Origin: Myxococcales bacterium
Lineage (GTDB): Bacteria; Myxococcota; Myxococcia; Myxococcales; Anaeromyxobacteraceae
Direction: 5' to 3'
Length of the DNA stretch: 19,209 nucleotides
Assembly: GCA_038320275.1 (NCBI GenBank)
Contig: JBBQEB010000068.1
Coordinates: 1 to 19,209, forward strand
Under the pieces are notes generated by a model. It made no database searches, was not told the DNA's origin, and was given only the letters and a program-made list of their open reading frames with translations. Of the stretch, positions 11,376 through 19,164 are shown piece by piece (the first letter of the stretch is position 1; each line of letters begins with the position of its first letter). Both the position numbers and the translations under genes were made by a program.

Positions 11376-13262
11376 TCAGCTCCGGATGGAGCGGCGGTAC
11401 ACCACGACCCGCAGCTCGGCTCGCTGCGGGTCGTCCCTTTTCCTGACGACCAGGATGACCGAGCTGTTCTCCGGCCCGCGGATGAGGTTGACCGCGTCCG
11501 CCATGGTGAGTCCGGCGACGTCCCTGCCGTCGATGCGCAGGATCTCGTCTCCACGCCCCAGCCCGGCTTCGAGCGCGCCGCTCCCCGGAGCGGTGTCCAC
11601 GATGACGAGACTCGCTCCCTGGGAGGCGAGGACGGCCCCGATGCCGGTGAGCTCGACCTGGGCCTCCTCGCCCGGCTGGAGCGGCGTGAGCGCAACCTCG
11701 ATCCCGCTGCGCGCATCCCCTTCACCCACCGAGAGCCCGCCCAGGATGCGGGCGTGGTGCGCCGGCGCGGTGGCCAGGAGGGACACCGGCCGCGGCGGAA
11801 CGCCGGAGAGCTCGAATCGCCCCTCAGGCCCGGCGACCGTGGCCGGGCGCGCCGGGAGGGCGGAGGCGCCCAGACTCTGGGCGCCCTCGATCTCGAGCTG
11901 AGCTCCAGGCAGCGGCTCGCGCGTGCGCGCGTCGAGGACGACCCCGCGCAGGCGGCCGCCCGTGGAGAGCTCGAGGTCCACCCGCGCCGGAGCCGCGCCC
12001 GCCGCCGGGATGTCCACCGCCACCTCGGCCGAGGGGGCGCGCCCGGGAGCTGTGGCCTGCACGGTGGAAGGGCCGGTCGCGAGGCCGTCCACCGCGAAGC
12101 TTCCCCCCGCGTCCACCACCGTCACTGCGCGCACGCCGGACGCCCGCTCGCGCCCGCGGGGCGATACGGCCACCGTGAAGGAGGTCACCGGCTCTCCCGT
12201 CGCACGGTCGCGGACCCGACCGGTGAGCGCGCCCCCAGCCCGCAGCCGCAGGACCACGTCGCTGGCGCCCGGCCGGACCCGGCGCAGCACCGCGGGCGCG
12301 AAGCCAGGGCGCGTGGCGACGAGACGGAAGGAGCCCGGAGGAAGCTCCTGCAGCCCGAACTCGCCGGAAGGGCCGGTAGCCACCTGCGCCAGGACCTCGT
12401 CCTCGAACCGCCCTTCGCGCGCGGCGACCACCAGCGCGCCGGGGGCCGGAGCGCCGTTCGGATCCTCCACCCGCCCCGCGATGGGTTCGCCCATCGCGTC
12501 GCCGCGCCCGGCGGGCCGGAGCGCGACGACGACCTCGCGCGAGGAACGCGCGGCGAGATCGATGCTGGCGCGCCCCGGGCTGAAGCCTGCGTGCCGGGCC
12601 TCCAGCGTGGCGTCGTCCGGCGCCACCAGGCGGACCTCGCCGCGCGCGTCCGAGGCGAAGCGCTCCTGGAGCGGGAGGAGCGCGTTCTCTCCCGTCGCGG
12701 CGCCCAGGACCCGGACCTCGGCGCCGGCCACGGGGCGTCCTTCCGGATCGAGGACCCGCGCCAGGTACTCGATGGCCGGCGCGAGCACCACCGCGATGCC
12801 GCTCACCCGCTCGCCAGGGCGCGCGTCGAGGAGGACAGGGCTGTGTCCCCACTCCGGGGCGAAGGGCAGGAAGCCGGGTGCGCTGGCGGTGGCGAGGACC
12901 CAGCGGCCGCTCGCACCGGGCGCGAAGCGGAAGGTGCCGTCCCCGGCGGCAGCGACGCCGGTGGCCTCTCCGAAGCGCGAGAAGGTGAGCTCCGCCCCGG
13001 GGATGCCCTGTCCTGTCGCCGACGAGAGGACGCGGCCCTCGAAGACTGCGCCCGCGGCGGGCGCGTCCGCGGGTCGAGCTCCGATGCCCACGGGAGGCGC
13101 GTCGGGCGCGGGCGAGGCGCGGGGCAGGGGCGCGGCGGGCACCGCGTCCGCCGCGCTGGAGCCGTCGCTCTCGCGGCGCGATCCGCTGCGCAGCCTGAAC
13201 AGCAGGAGCCCGGCCGCGAGGACCGCCAGCGCTACTGCCACGAGGGCACGCCTGCGGGCCAT
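11376..13262 (-). CDS. Membrane-anchored protein with tandem carboxypeptidase-regulatory-like (beta-sandwich) domains and C-terminal PDZ
   Basis: N-terminal TM; repeated GRVx(D)xxGxPxxGA units (about five); C-terminal TGIGAVL...GSGALEAGLGRGDEILRIDG...IRGPENSSVILVV PDZ signature. Confidence 0.85.
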   Translation of the reverse strand: MARRRALVAVALAVLAAGLLLFRLRSGSRRESDGSSAADAVPAAPLPRASPAPDAPPVGIGARPADAPAAGAVFEGRVLSSATGQGIPGAELTFSRFGEATGVAAAGDGTFRFAPGASGRWVLATASAPGFLPFAPEWGHSPVLLDARPGERVSGIAVVLAPAIEYLARVLDPEGRPVAGAEVRVLGAATGENALLPLQERFASDARGEVRLVAPDDATLEARHAGFSPGRASIDLAARSSREVVVALRPAGRGDAMGEPIAGRVEDPNGAPAPGALVVAAREGRFEDEVLAQVATGPSGEFGLQELPPGSFRLVATRPGFAPAVLRRVRPGASDVVLRLRAGGALTGRVRDRATGEPVTSFTVAVSPRGRERASGVRAVTVVDAGGSFAVDGLATGPSTVQATAPGRAPSAEVAVDIPAAGAAPARVDLELSTGGRLRGVVLDARTREPLPGAQLEIEGAQSLGASALPARPATVAGPEGRFELSGVPPRPVSLLATAPAHHARILGGLSVGEGDARSGIEVALTPLQPGEEAQVELTGIGAVLASQGASLVIVDTAPGSGALEAGLGRGDEILRIDGRDVAGLTMADAVNLIRGPENSSVILVVRKRDDPQRAELRVVVYRRSIRS

Positions 13263-13315
13263 ACGCGCCGCTTAACCGGCCGCGGCGCGCTGCGCTCCGA
13301 CGACGGGAGGGGACT

Positions 13316-13810
13316 CTATCCGCCCCAGCCCGTCACCGCAGTCGGTACCGTCACCTCCTCCTGTACGTCGGGGTGCTCCTCCGATACAGCAGCGGCGGAA
13401 GCCGTCTCCTTGGGCGCATGCCGCGCGGAGAGGCGGGTCGCAGGCAAGTTGAAGGGCTGAGCTCGGGCCCGGGGCGGGGTCGGAGGTGCGGTCGCGGTCG
13501 AGGTCGAGGTCGAGGTCGAGGTCGAGGTCGGGGTCGAGGTCGAGGTCGGGGTGGTGGTCGACTGGGCCGGCAGCGCCTCGGGAAGCACCGGCTGTACCGG
13601 CGGCGGGCCCTCCTGGGTGGACGGACTCGCTTCTCGGGTCGCGACGGCGACGGGCTCGGCGCGAGTGGAGTCAGGACCCGCGGTTCTCTGCGCCTCCGCG
13701 CCAGGACTTGAGCGCGGGGCGTGGAAGATCCTCCACGCCGCCGCGCCGCTCGTCACGAAGGTCGCGACGGAAAGCGCGGCCGCCACGATGACTTCCTTCC
13801 CCGGCGCCAT
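13316..13810 (-). CDS. Hypothetical single-TM protein with disordered Thr/Ser/Pro-rich region
   Basis: GAGAGGGG Shine-Dalgarno-like sequence before ATG, 12 nt downstream of the upstream gene's stop; N-terminal hydrophobic helix; TSTSTPTST linker; ends VTGWGG. Confidence 0.6.
   Translation of the reverse strand: MAPGKEVIVAAALSVATFVTSGAAAWRIFHAPRSSPGAEAQRTAGPDSTRAEPVAVATREASPSTQEGPPPVQPVLPEALPAQSTTTPTSTSTPTSTSTSTSTSTATAPPTPPRARAQPFNLPATRLSARHAPKETASAAAVSEEHPDVQEEVTVPTAVTGWGG
13491..13550. repeat. Ten tandem GTCGNG hexamers encoding a T-S/T-P/T-A linker
   Basis: GTCGCG GTCGAG x5 GTCGGG GTCGAG x2 GTCGGG, read directly. Confidence 0.9.
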
Positions 13811-13822
13811 GATCCCCTCTCC

Positions 13823-15523
13823 TCAGAACAGCGGGATGCGGTAGCCCGCCTCGAGGCCCACGCCGGCCGTCTCGACCTTGAACGCGTGAGCCGAGACAGG
13901 AGTGAAACCGAGGTTCAGGTCGCCGAAGAGCTGGCCGGGCCCCAGCCACACGGCCGCGGAGCCGACGCCCAGAGCCCCGGCGCCCATCGCGCCGGTGGTG
14001 GGCTGCCCAGCGGTGGCGATGCGCGCGTACACCACGCTCAGTCCGACGCCGGTCCCCAGCGAGAGAGAACCGCTCGACCACAGCTCGAAGAGGAGGCGGG
14101 CCGTCAGCGGGGCGAAGTCGGCCCGCGTGCTGCTCAGGAGCGCTCCCCCGGAGTCGAGGACCGTCCGCGCGGCGCTCCCCTCGGTGAGCGCGACGCCGAG
14201 GCCGAGCTTCACCGGCCCGAGAGCGAGCGGGGCGTAGAGCTCCAGGCCTTGACGGAAGCCTCGGTCGGCGTTGAGCGTGTTGGCAAACCCGGCGCGAGCC
14301 CCCACCAGGAGGCGGCGGGAGCGGGGCCGCGCGTCGTGCGTGGCGGGGGGCTCCGGCGCCAGGGGGGACGAGAACGGTCCAGGCGTTTGCAGGTCGCGGG
14401 GGGCGAAGGAGAAGGCGGCGAGGAGGGTGGGTGCCGCGGGTGGGGAACCGGGGGCGGTCGCGGTTGGGGTCGAGCTCGAGGTCGAGGACGGGTCCCAGGT
14501 CGGGGCCGAGTTCGCGGTCGGGTTCGAGTTCGCGGTCGCGGTCGAGGTCGAGGTCGGAGTCGAGGTCGAGGTCGGCCTCGCAGTCGCGGTCGAGGTCGCC
14601 GCCTCCCCCTCCACCGGCAGCACCACCACCATCGCGCTCGCCTTCGCGGCGGGGTCTCCCTCCACCGTCGCCGTGAACCGGACCTGCCGGGTCGCCTGAA
14701 CCGCGGCTGGCACGAACCTGAAGGACGCGCCTCGCTCGACGGCTCCCACCGGCTCCACCCTGCCTTCGCTGGAGACGACGCGGACCCTCTCCGGCGGCAC
14801 GGGCGAACCGGCGGCGTCGTACAGGGCATGGAGCCGCACCGCGCGGACGCCGTCGCCGATCAGCGCCGGACTGGAGACGATGAGCAGGAGTCGATTGACG
14901 GGGAACGTGCCCAGGGCCACCCGGCGAACCACCGGTGCCGCGCCGCCCACGATGGTGATGGTCGCGTGGCTCGCTCCGGGAGGCGCGACGATGGGGAGAT
15001 CGACCGCGCCGCGACCCGAGGAGGTGACCGGCCCGAAGACCTCGTTCCCGACACGGCCCAGCACTGCGAGCCCAGCCGGCGCCACCACCGGGAGCTTCGT
15101 CGCACCATGCAGAGGCAGGCGCGCCAGCTCGATCTCCGACTCCCGACCTTCGAGCCAGGCGGCGATCAGCAACGTCTGGGGGTGTCGGGATGGTGGCGGC
15201 GTGTAGCGGGCGCGGTACGTCGCGGGCCCCACCCGCTCGGCATCGCCGACGGAACCCACGTTGACCGCCAGCCGAAGCGGGCGGGGCTCGCCGTCCGCGG
15301 GCTCTCGTACCTCGAGGAGGAGCGTGGCCCAGGCCGCCCTCCCCAGCACGAGCCTGCCCTCCTTCACCGAGACGGTGAGCGCGCGAGCGCCGCAGGGGGC
15401 GAGAGCGAGGAGCAAGGCCGCGAGGGCAAGCGCGAGGCGGGGTGCGTTGAAACCCGGGTTCCGGGAACGAGTCCCTGGGTCGAGAACCTCCCCCTCCATG
15501 AGCGGCTTCCACGCCTCGAACAT
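13823..15523 (-). CDS. Secreted protein with Ig-like/invasin-type beta-sandwich domains, T/S/P linker and probable C-terminal outer-membrane beta-barrel; start could be 15499
   Basis: Signal-like RLALALAALLLALAPCGARA; Big-1-like segments (TYRARYTPP, ALIGDG...DAAGSPV...VRFTATV); amphipathic C-terminal strands ending GLEAGYRIPLF. Confidence 0.65.
   Translation of the reverse strand: MFEAWKPLMEGEVLDPGTRSRNPGFNAPRLALALAALLLALAPCGARALTVSVKEGRLVLGRAAWATLLLEVREPADGEPRPLRLAVNVGSVGDAERVGPATYRARYTPPPSRHPQTLLIAAWLEGRESEIELARLPLHGATKLPVVAPAGLAVLGRVGNEVFGPVTSSGRGAVDLPIVAPPGASHATITIVGGAAPVVRRVALGTFPVNRLLLIVSSPALIGDGVRAVRLHALYDAAGSPVPPERVRVVSSEGRVEPVGAVERGASFRFVPAAVQATRQVRFTATVEGDPAAKASAMVVVLPVEGEAATSTATARPTSTSTPTSTSTATANSNPTANSAPTWDPSSTSSSTPTATAPGSPPAAPTLLAAFSFAPRDLQTPGPFSSPLAPEPPATHDARPRSRRLLVGARAGFANTLNADRGFRQGLELYAPLALGPVKLGLGVALTEGSAARTVLDSGGALLSSTRADFAPLTARLLFELWSSGSLSLGTGVGLSVVYARIATAGQPTTGAMGAGALGVGSAAVWLGPGQLFGDLNLGFTPVSAHAFKVETAGVGLEAGYRIPLF
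14457..14600. repeat. Degenerate GTCGNG hexamer tract (Thr/Ser/Pro linker)
   Basis: Imperfect GTCGAG/GTCGCG/GTCGGG/TTCGAG units encoding TSTATARPTSTSTPTSTSTATANSNPT. Confidence 0.75.
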
Positions 15524-15632
15524 CGCTAATGTTTCCTCGGAAGTTCGGACCCCCGGGTGCCGGGAAGGCGCCCGCGAACAGGTCCTGCGAGGACGATGAG
15601 CAAGACCGGGACCAGCTCACGGACCTCCGTGA

Positions 15633-16016
15633 TCACCCGAGCGTCACCTTGCGGACACCCTTGGCTTCGAGCAGCCCCTTGACCCGCTCGCGGTGGTCGC
15701 CCTGGAGCGCCAGAGCGGCGTCCTCCACCGCCCCGCCACAGCCCAAGGACCGCTTCAGCTCCTCCAGCCAACGCTCTAGCTCGCGCGCGCCGAGGCCCAG
15801 CCCGTCCACGACCGTTGCCGTCTTGCCTCCCCTTCCCTTGCGCTCGAGGCGCACCACGGCGCGGGCTGGGCCACGCGCTGGTGCCGAGGGCGGTTCCGGG
15901 GGCGGTGGAGCGGCGGGGGGAGCCGAGCTCACCCCTAGCCTCCCGGCGAGGTCCTTGAACGGAGCATGGAACGGCTCCGGCGGCGGGGGTGGCGCGGGCG
16001 GGCGGCGCTTCGACAT
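15633..16016 (-). CDS. SUI1/eIF1-family translation initiation factor (YciH-like); 3' part of the same ORF as the TfuA-like gene
   Basis: VVRLERKGRGGKTATVVDGL...LKRSLGCGGAVED...LQGDHRERV is the SUI1 signature. Internal ATG at 16016 has GAGGAG 10 nt upstream. Confidence 0.88.
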   Translation of the reverse strand: MSKRRPPAPPPPPEPFHAPFKDLAGRLGVSSAPPAAPPPPEPPSAPARGPARAVVRLERKGRGGKTATVVDGLGLGARELERWLEELKRSLGCGGAVEDAALALQGDHRERVKGLLEAKGVRKVTLG

Positions 16017-17195
16017 GGCCTGACGTCTCCTCGGGGCATCCTGTACGCGCGCAGCCGCGAGCGCACGCGCCGCGCCCGCCCAGCTTCCATCGAGCTGGGC
16101 CGCGCGCGCGAGGCCTTCCTCCGCCGAGGGGCCGTCCGGGACGAGGCGCTCCGCCCGATGGAGCGCGAGCTCTTCGAGCGCGAGATCCTCGAAGAGCCGC
16201 CGGGCGTCGGCGTCGTCCAGCCCGCTCGCCGCCAGGAAGCTCGCGCGGCGCCGGGGCGGCACGCCGAGCGATGCCAGCCAGCTCTGCCCGGCCGCGTCCA
16301 CGTCCACCGGCGAGGGCTGGAGCCCCAGGCTCCGCGCCAGCCCTGCCAGAAGGAGTGTGCGCTGGCCGCTCGCCGCCAGCGCCAGCGCGTCGTCCCGGGC
16401 GCGAATCGAGTCGATCACCGCCCCCGAGGAGAGGAGCGCTCCGCCGACCGTCGTGGCGCCCTGGCGCAGCTTGGCGCGGCGCACCAGGGAGGATGGACGG
16501 CGCGGGGAGGGAGAGGGGGTGAGCGGAGCTCCGGACGCGGCAAAGGCGGCCGCGGCGGCGATGGTCTTGCGGGCATCGTCGGCCTTGGGGTCGGGTGGGC
16601 CTTGCCGGACGAGCGCACGAAGCCGCTCCATGGCGCCCGCGCCGAGCCTGCCTGCCGCGGCGTCGAGGAGCGCGCGCCAGGTGCGGTCGGCGTAGTGGAT
16701 CGCGGCCGCCGCCGCGACGAGCCGCCGCGCCTCCGCGGTGGAGAGCTCTCCCTTCGCGCGCGCCGCCTCGGCGGTGAAGCGCACCTGCACGAGGGGAACC
16801 GTCAGCGGGCGGTGACCCGCGTCGGCAGGGCCGTGCAGGAGCGCGACCTCGTCGTCGCCGGTGAGCCGGCCAGCGGCAAACGCCGCGTAGATCTCCCCCA
16901 CGCCCACCATGCCGTGGACGGACAGCTCTGCCGCGCGGAGCGCCCCCATGCTGGCGCCGCCGAAGACGGCCACGCCGCCGTCGAGCGCGTCGAGCAGCTC
17001 GTGGTGCCACACCGAGGGCTCCGAGCCGAACACGCCGTCCACGAGCGCGATGGCGCGTGGCCGGAGCGTGAGCGCGCGCCACACGTCGCCCTGACGGGCG
17101 GGAGGGAGCACGGTGCAGCGCGCGATGCGCCGCGCCTCGGGCGCGGGAAGCGAGGGGCCCAGGAAGACCAGGAGCGGCGAGCTCCGCGGGGTCAC
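15633..17195 (-). CDS. TfuA-like protein (YcaO thioamidation partner) with helical extension, in-frame fused to SUI1
   Basis: VFLGPSL, VLPPARQGD, IALVDGVF, SVWHHELLDAL, VFGGASMGALRAAEL, GMVGVGEIY, DDEVALLH, LTVPLV, IHYADRTW and DPKADDA are TfuA-family motifs. No stop before the SUI1 domain. Confidence 0.9.
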   Translation of the reverse strand: MTPRSSPLLVFLGPSLPAPEARRIARCTVLPPARQGDVWRALTLRPRAIALVDGVFGSEPSVWHHELLDALDGGVAVFGGASMGALRAAELSVHGMVGVGEIYAAFAAGRLTGDDEVALLHGPADAGHRPLTVPLVQVRFTAEAARAKGELSTAEARRLVAAAAAIHYADRTWRALLDAAAGRLGAGAMERLRALVRQGPPDPKADDARKTIAAAAAFAASGAPLTPSPSPRRPSSLVRRAKLRQGATTVGGALLSSGAVIDSIRARDDALALAASGQRTLLLAGLARSLGLQPSPVDVDAAGQSWLASLGVPPRRRASFLAASGLDDADARRLFEDLALEELALHRAERLVPDGPSAEEGLARAAQLDGSWAGAARALAAARVQDAPRRRQAMSKRRPPAPPPPPEPFHAPFKDLAGRLGVSSAPPAAPPPPEPPSAPARGPARAVVRLERKGRGGKTATVVDGLGLGARELERWLEELKRSLGCGGAVEDAALALQGDHRERVKGLLEAKGVRKVTLG

Positions 17196-17329
17196 AGCAG
17201 CTCCGAGAGGAGAAGCCCGGGGACGAGCACCTTCACGACGTGTACGCCGAGCGAGGGAGGGGCGAGCTCGATCGCGGCGCAGGTGCGGTGGCCGGCAGCA
17301 CGAAGGCGGGCCAGGACGAGCGCGAGGTC
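17192..17329 (-). pseudogene. C-terminal remnant (~45 aa) of a YcaO-family protein
   Basis: DLALVLARLRAAGHRTCAAIELAPPSLGVHVVKVLVPGLLLSELL resembles the YcaO C-terminus (L..L...G....DL....G.PVVKV.VPGL). Its TGA overlaps the tfuA GTG. Upstream the frame becomes DRDLD repeat and then non-YcaO sequence. Confidence 0.75.
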
Positions 17330-19164
17330 GCGGTCGAGGTCGGGGTCGCGGTCGGGGTCGCGGTCGAGGTCGCGGTCGAGGTCGCGGTCGAGGTCGAGGT
17401 CGCGGTCGAGGTCGCGGTCGGGGTCGGGGTCGGGGTCGGGGTCGAGGTCGAGGTCGCAGTCGGAGCGGTCCTCATGCCCGTCCCCCTCCCCGCCGCCACC
17501 CGCCTCCCATAAACCCACCACCCCACCCCCGCCGCCAACGCACCCGCCAGCACCAACCCCACCAACCCTCCGACGATCCATCCCGCCCCCGACGACCCCG
17601 GCGGATGCATCGACGCCGTCCGCGGGAGCGGACGAAACTCCGGAGGTTCGGTCGGCATCAGCTCACGCTGCATCTGCGGCTGGTACCCCGGAGCCGGGAC
17701 ATACGGCGCGGGCGCAGCGAAGCTCCCCATCGTGAGCACCGGTGTCTGCACTGGAGGCGGTGGCTGAGGCGGAGGCGGAGCCGACGCTGGCCGCACCTCG
17801 GCCGTCGCTTGCAGATCCGAAGGAGCCGGATCCCGCATCATCGTGGGCTCCGAGGGGATCTTCGGCCGTGGCGCCGTGGCCGCATCGGAGGGGATGTCCG
17901 GGGGTGCGGTCGAACGGAACCCTCCGGTCAACGTCGACTTCCCAGGAGCCAGCTCCGCCTTCGCCGGCGCCGACACCGGACGAAACCCGCTGGGCGTCTG
18001 CGGCCGCAGCGCCTCTGCGGGAATGGGCATGGTCGCGACGGCCGTCATCCCGGTCCCAGTCTGGGCCAACACGGGCCGGGTGGAAGGAGGCGGGGGCGGG
18101 CGGCGCTCCGTCTTCGGCGGCACCTCGGGCTCCAGCTCGAACGACGGCAGAGATTCGGCCGTCTCCAGCAGCTCGTGGACCACCGTGTCCACGCCGACCT
18201 CCGCCGCGCCCGCCGCCTGCGGACGCAGGGGTGCCAGCATCCGGGCCAGGCCTTGCCGAGCGCGCTCCACGTCGGTGTGGTCGCGCAGCACCGAGGCCAT
18301 CTCCTCGGCCGTGATGGAGCGTCGCGCAGGGTTCGGCTCCAGCCCGCGTGAGATGGCTTCGCGAAGAACTTCCGGAAGCTCGGGCCGGAGCACGTCCAGG
18401 CTCGGGAGGTTCGGCTCGGCCATCGCCCGGAGGATTTCCATCTCGGGGAGCTTCTCGGTCTGCACCGCCTTGCGATGGGCGAGGAGCTCCCACAGGACCA
18501 GCGACGCCGCGTAGACGTCGGTGCGGATGGTGATCCGCTCCCCGCGCACTTGCTCGGGCGACATGTAGCCGTAGGTGCCCTTGATGTAGCCGGTCTTCGT
18601 CTCGCTCTCGCCCCCAGGGTCCGCGATCTTGGCGATGCCGAAATCGGTGAGCTTGCCTTGCCCGTCCCATGGCAAGAGCACGTTCGAGGGGTTCACGTCG
18701 CGGTGGATGACCGGCGTCGGGTCGCCGGTGGCCGGATCGCGCGCGTCATGCGCGGCGGCCAGCGCATCGAAGATGCGCAGCGCGATGTAGAGCGCCGGCT
18801 GGTCCTCGACCCGGCCACCGGCCTGGAACGTCAACGTGAGGAGCTTCGCGAGCGACACGCCGTCCACGTACTCGAGCACCATGACCAGCGGCCCGCCGAT
18901 CTCGAAGAAGTCGAAGAGGCGGACGACCGCGGGGTGCCCGAGGCGCGCGTACGCGCTCGCCTCGCGGGTGAACATCCGCGCGAACTCCGCATCCCCCTGG
19001 TGCTCCGAGAGGAGACGCTTGAGGACCACGGTTCGCTCGAACCCGTGCGGCCCCTCGGCGCGCGCAAGCAGGACGTCGCTCGTTCCCCCGGTCGCAAGTC
19101 GTCGGAGGAGGCGATACCCCCCGATGCGACCCAGCGTCGGATCATCCGGGGGGAGCGCGCGCAT
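17233..19164 (-). CDS. Hanks-type Ser/Thr protein kinase with Pro-rich linker and TM helix; native C-terminus probably missing
   Basis: YRLLRRLATGGTSDV, VVLKRL, LEYVDG, IHRDVNPSNVLL, KLTDFGIAK, KGTYGYMSPEQ, TDVYA; TM WIVGGLVGLVLAGALAAGVGWWVY. After the T/S repeat it ends in an out-of-frame reading of the YcaO remnant. Confidence 0.92.
   Translation of the reverse strand: MRALPPDDPTLGRIGGYRLLRRLATGGTSDVLLARAEGPHGFERTVVLKRLLSEHQGDAEFARMFTREASAYARLGHPAVVRLFDFFEIGGPLVMVLEYVDGVSLAKLLTLTFQAGGRVEDQPALYIALRIFDALAAAHDARDPATGDPTPVIHRDVNPSNVLLPWDGQGKLTDFGIAKIADPGGESETKTGYIKGTYGYMSPEQVRGERITIRTDVYAASLVLWELLAHRKAVQTEKLPEMEILRAMAEPNLPSLDVLRPELPEVLREAISRGLEPNPARRSITAEEMASVLRDHTDVERARQGLARMLAPLRPQAAGAAEVGVDTVVHELLETAESLPSFELEPEVPPKTERRPPPPPSTRPVLAQTGTGMTAVATMPIPAEALRPQTPSGFRPVSAPAKAELAPGKSTLTGGFRSTAPPDIPSDAATAPRPKIPSEPTMMRDPAPSDLQATAEVRPASAPPPPQPPPPVQTPVLTMGSFAAPAPYVPAPGYQPQMQRELMPTEPPEFRPLPRTASMHPPGSSGAGWIVGGLVGLVLAGALAAGVGWWVYGRRVAAGRGTGMRTAPTATSTSTPTPTPTPTATSTATSTSTATSTATSTATPTATPTSTATSRSSWPAFVLPATAPAPRSSSPLPRSAYTS
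17327..17464. repeat. About 23 tandem GTCGNG hexamers at the kinase/YcaO junction
   Basis: Continuous GTCGCG/GTCGAG/GTCGGG units. They read TSTATPT in the kinase frame and DRDLDPD in the YcaO frame. Confidence 0.92.

Noticed and set aside
15526..15636. 36-codon minus-strand ORF (MITEVRELVPVLLIVLAG...) overlapping the SUI1 stop, as a possible RiPP precursor
   Set aside because: No recognisable leader or core features and no supporting evidence; could be revisited with ribosome profiling or conservation data.
17327..17464. Repeat tract as CRISPR array or iteron set
   Set aside because: Simple 6-bp tandem units with no spacers and no cas or rep genes; it encodes a Thr-rich linker.
17113..18351. 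Plus-strand ORFs with (GR)n or (RS)n dipeptide repeats
   Set aside because: Antisense readings of the GTCGNG tract, overlapping well-supported minus-strand genes.
17192..19164. Programmed frameshift making a functional kinase-YcaO fusion
   Set aside because: Only ~45 aa of YcaO are present, without the ATP-binding core, and they would lie beyond the kinase TM helix; no slippery site seen.
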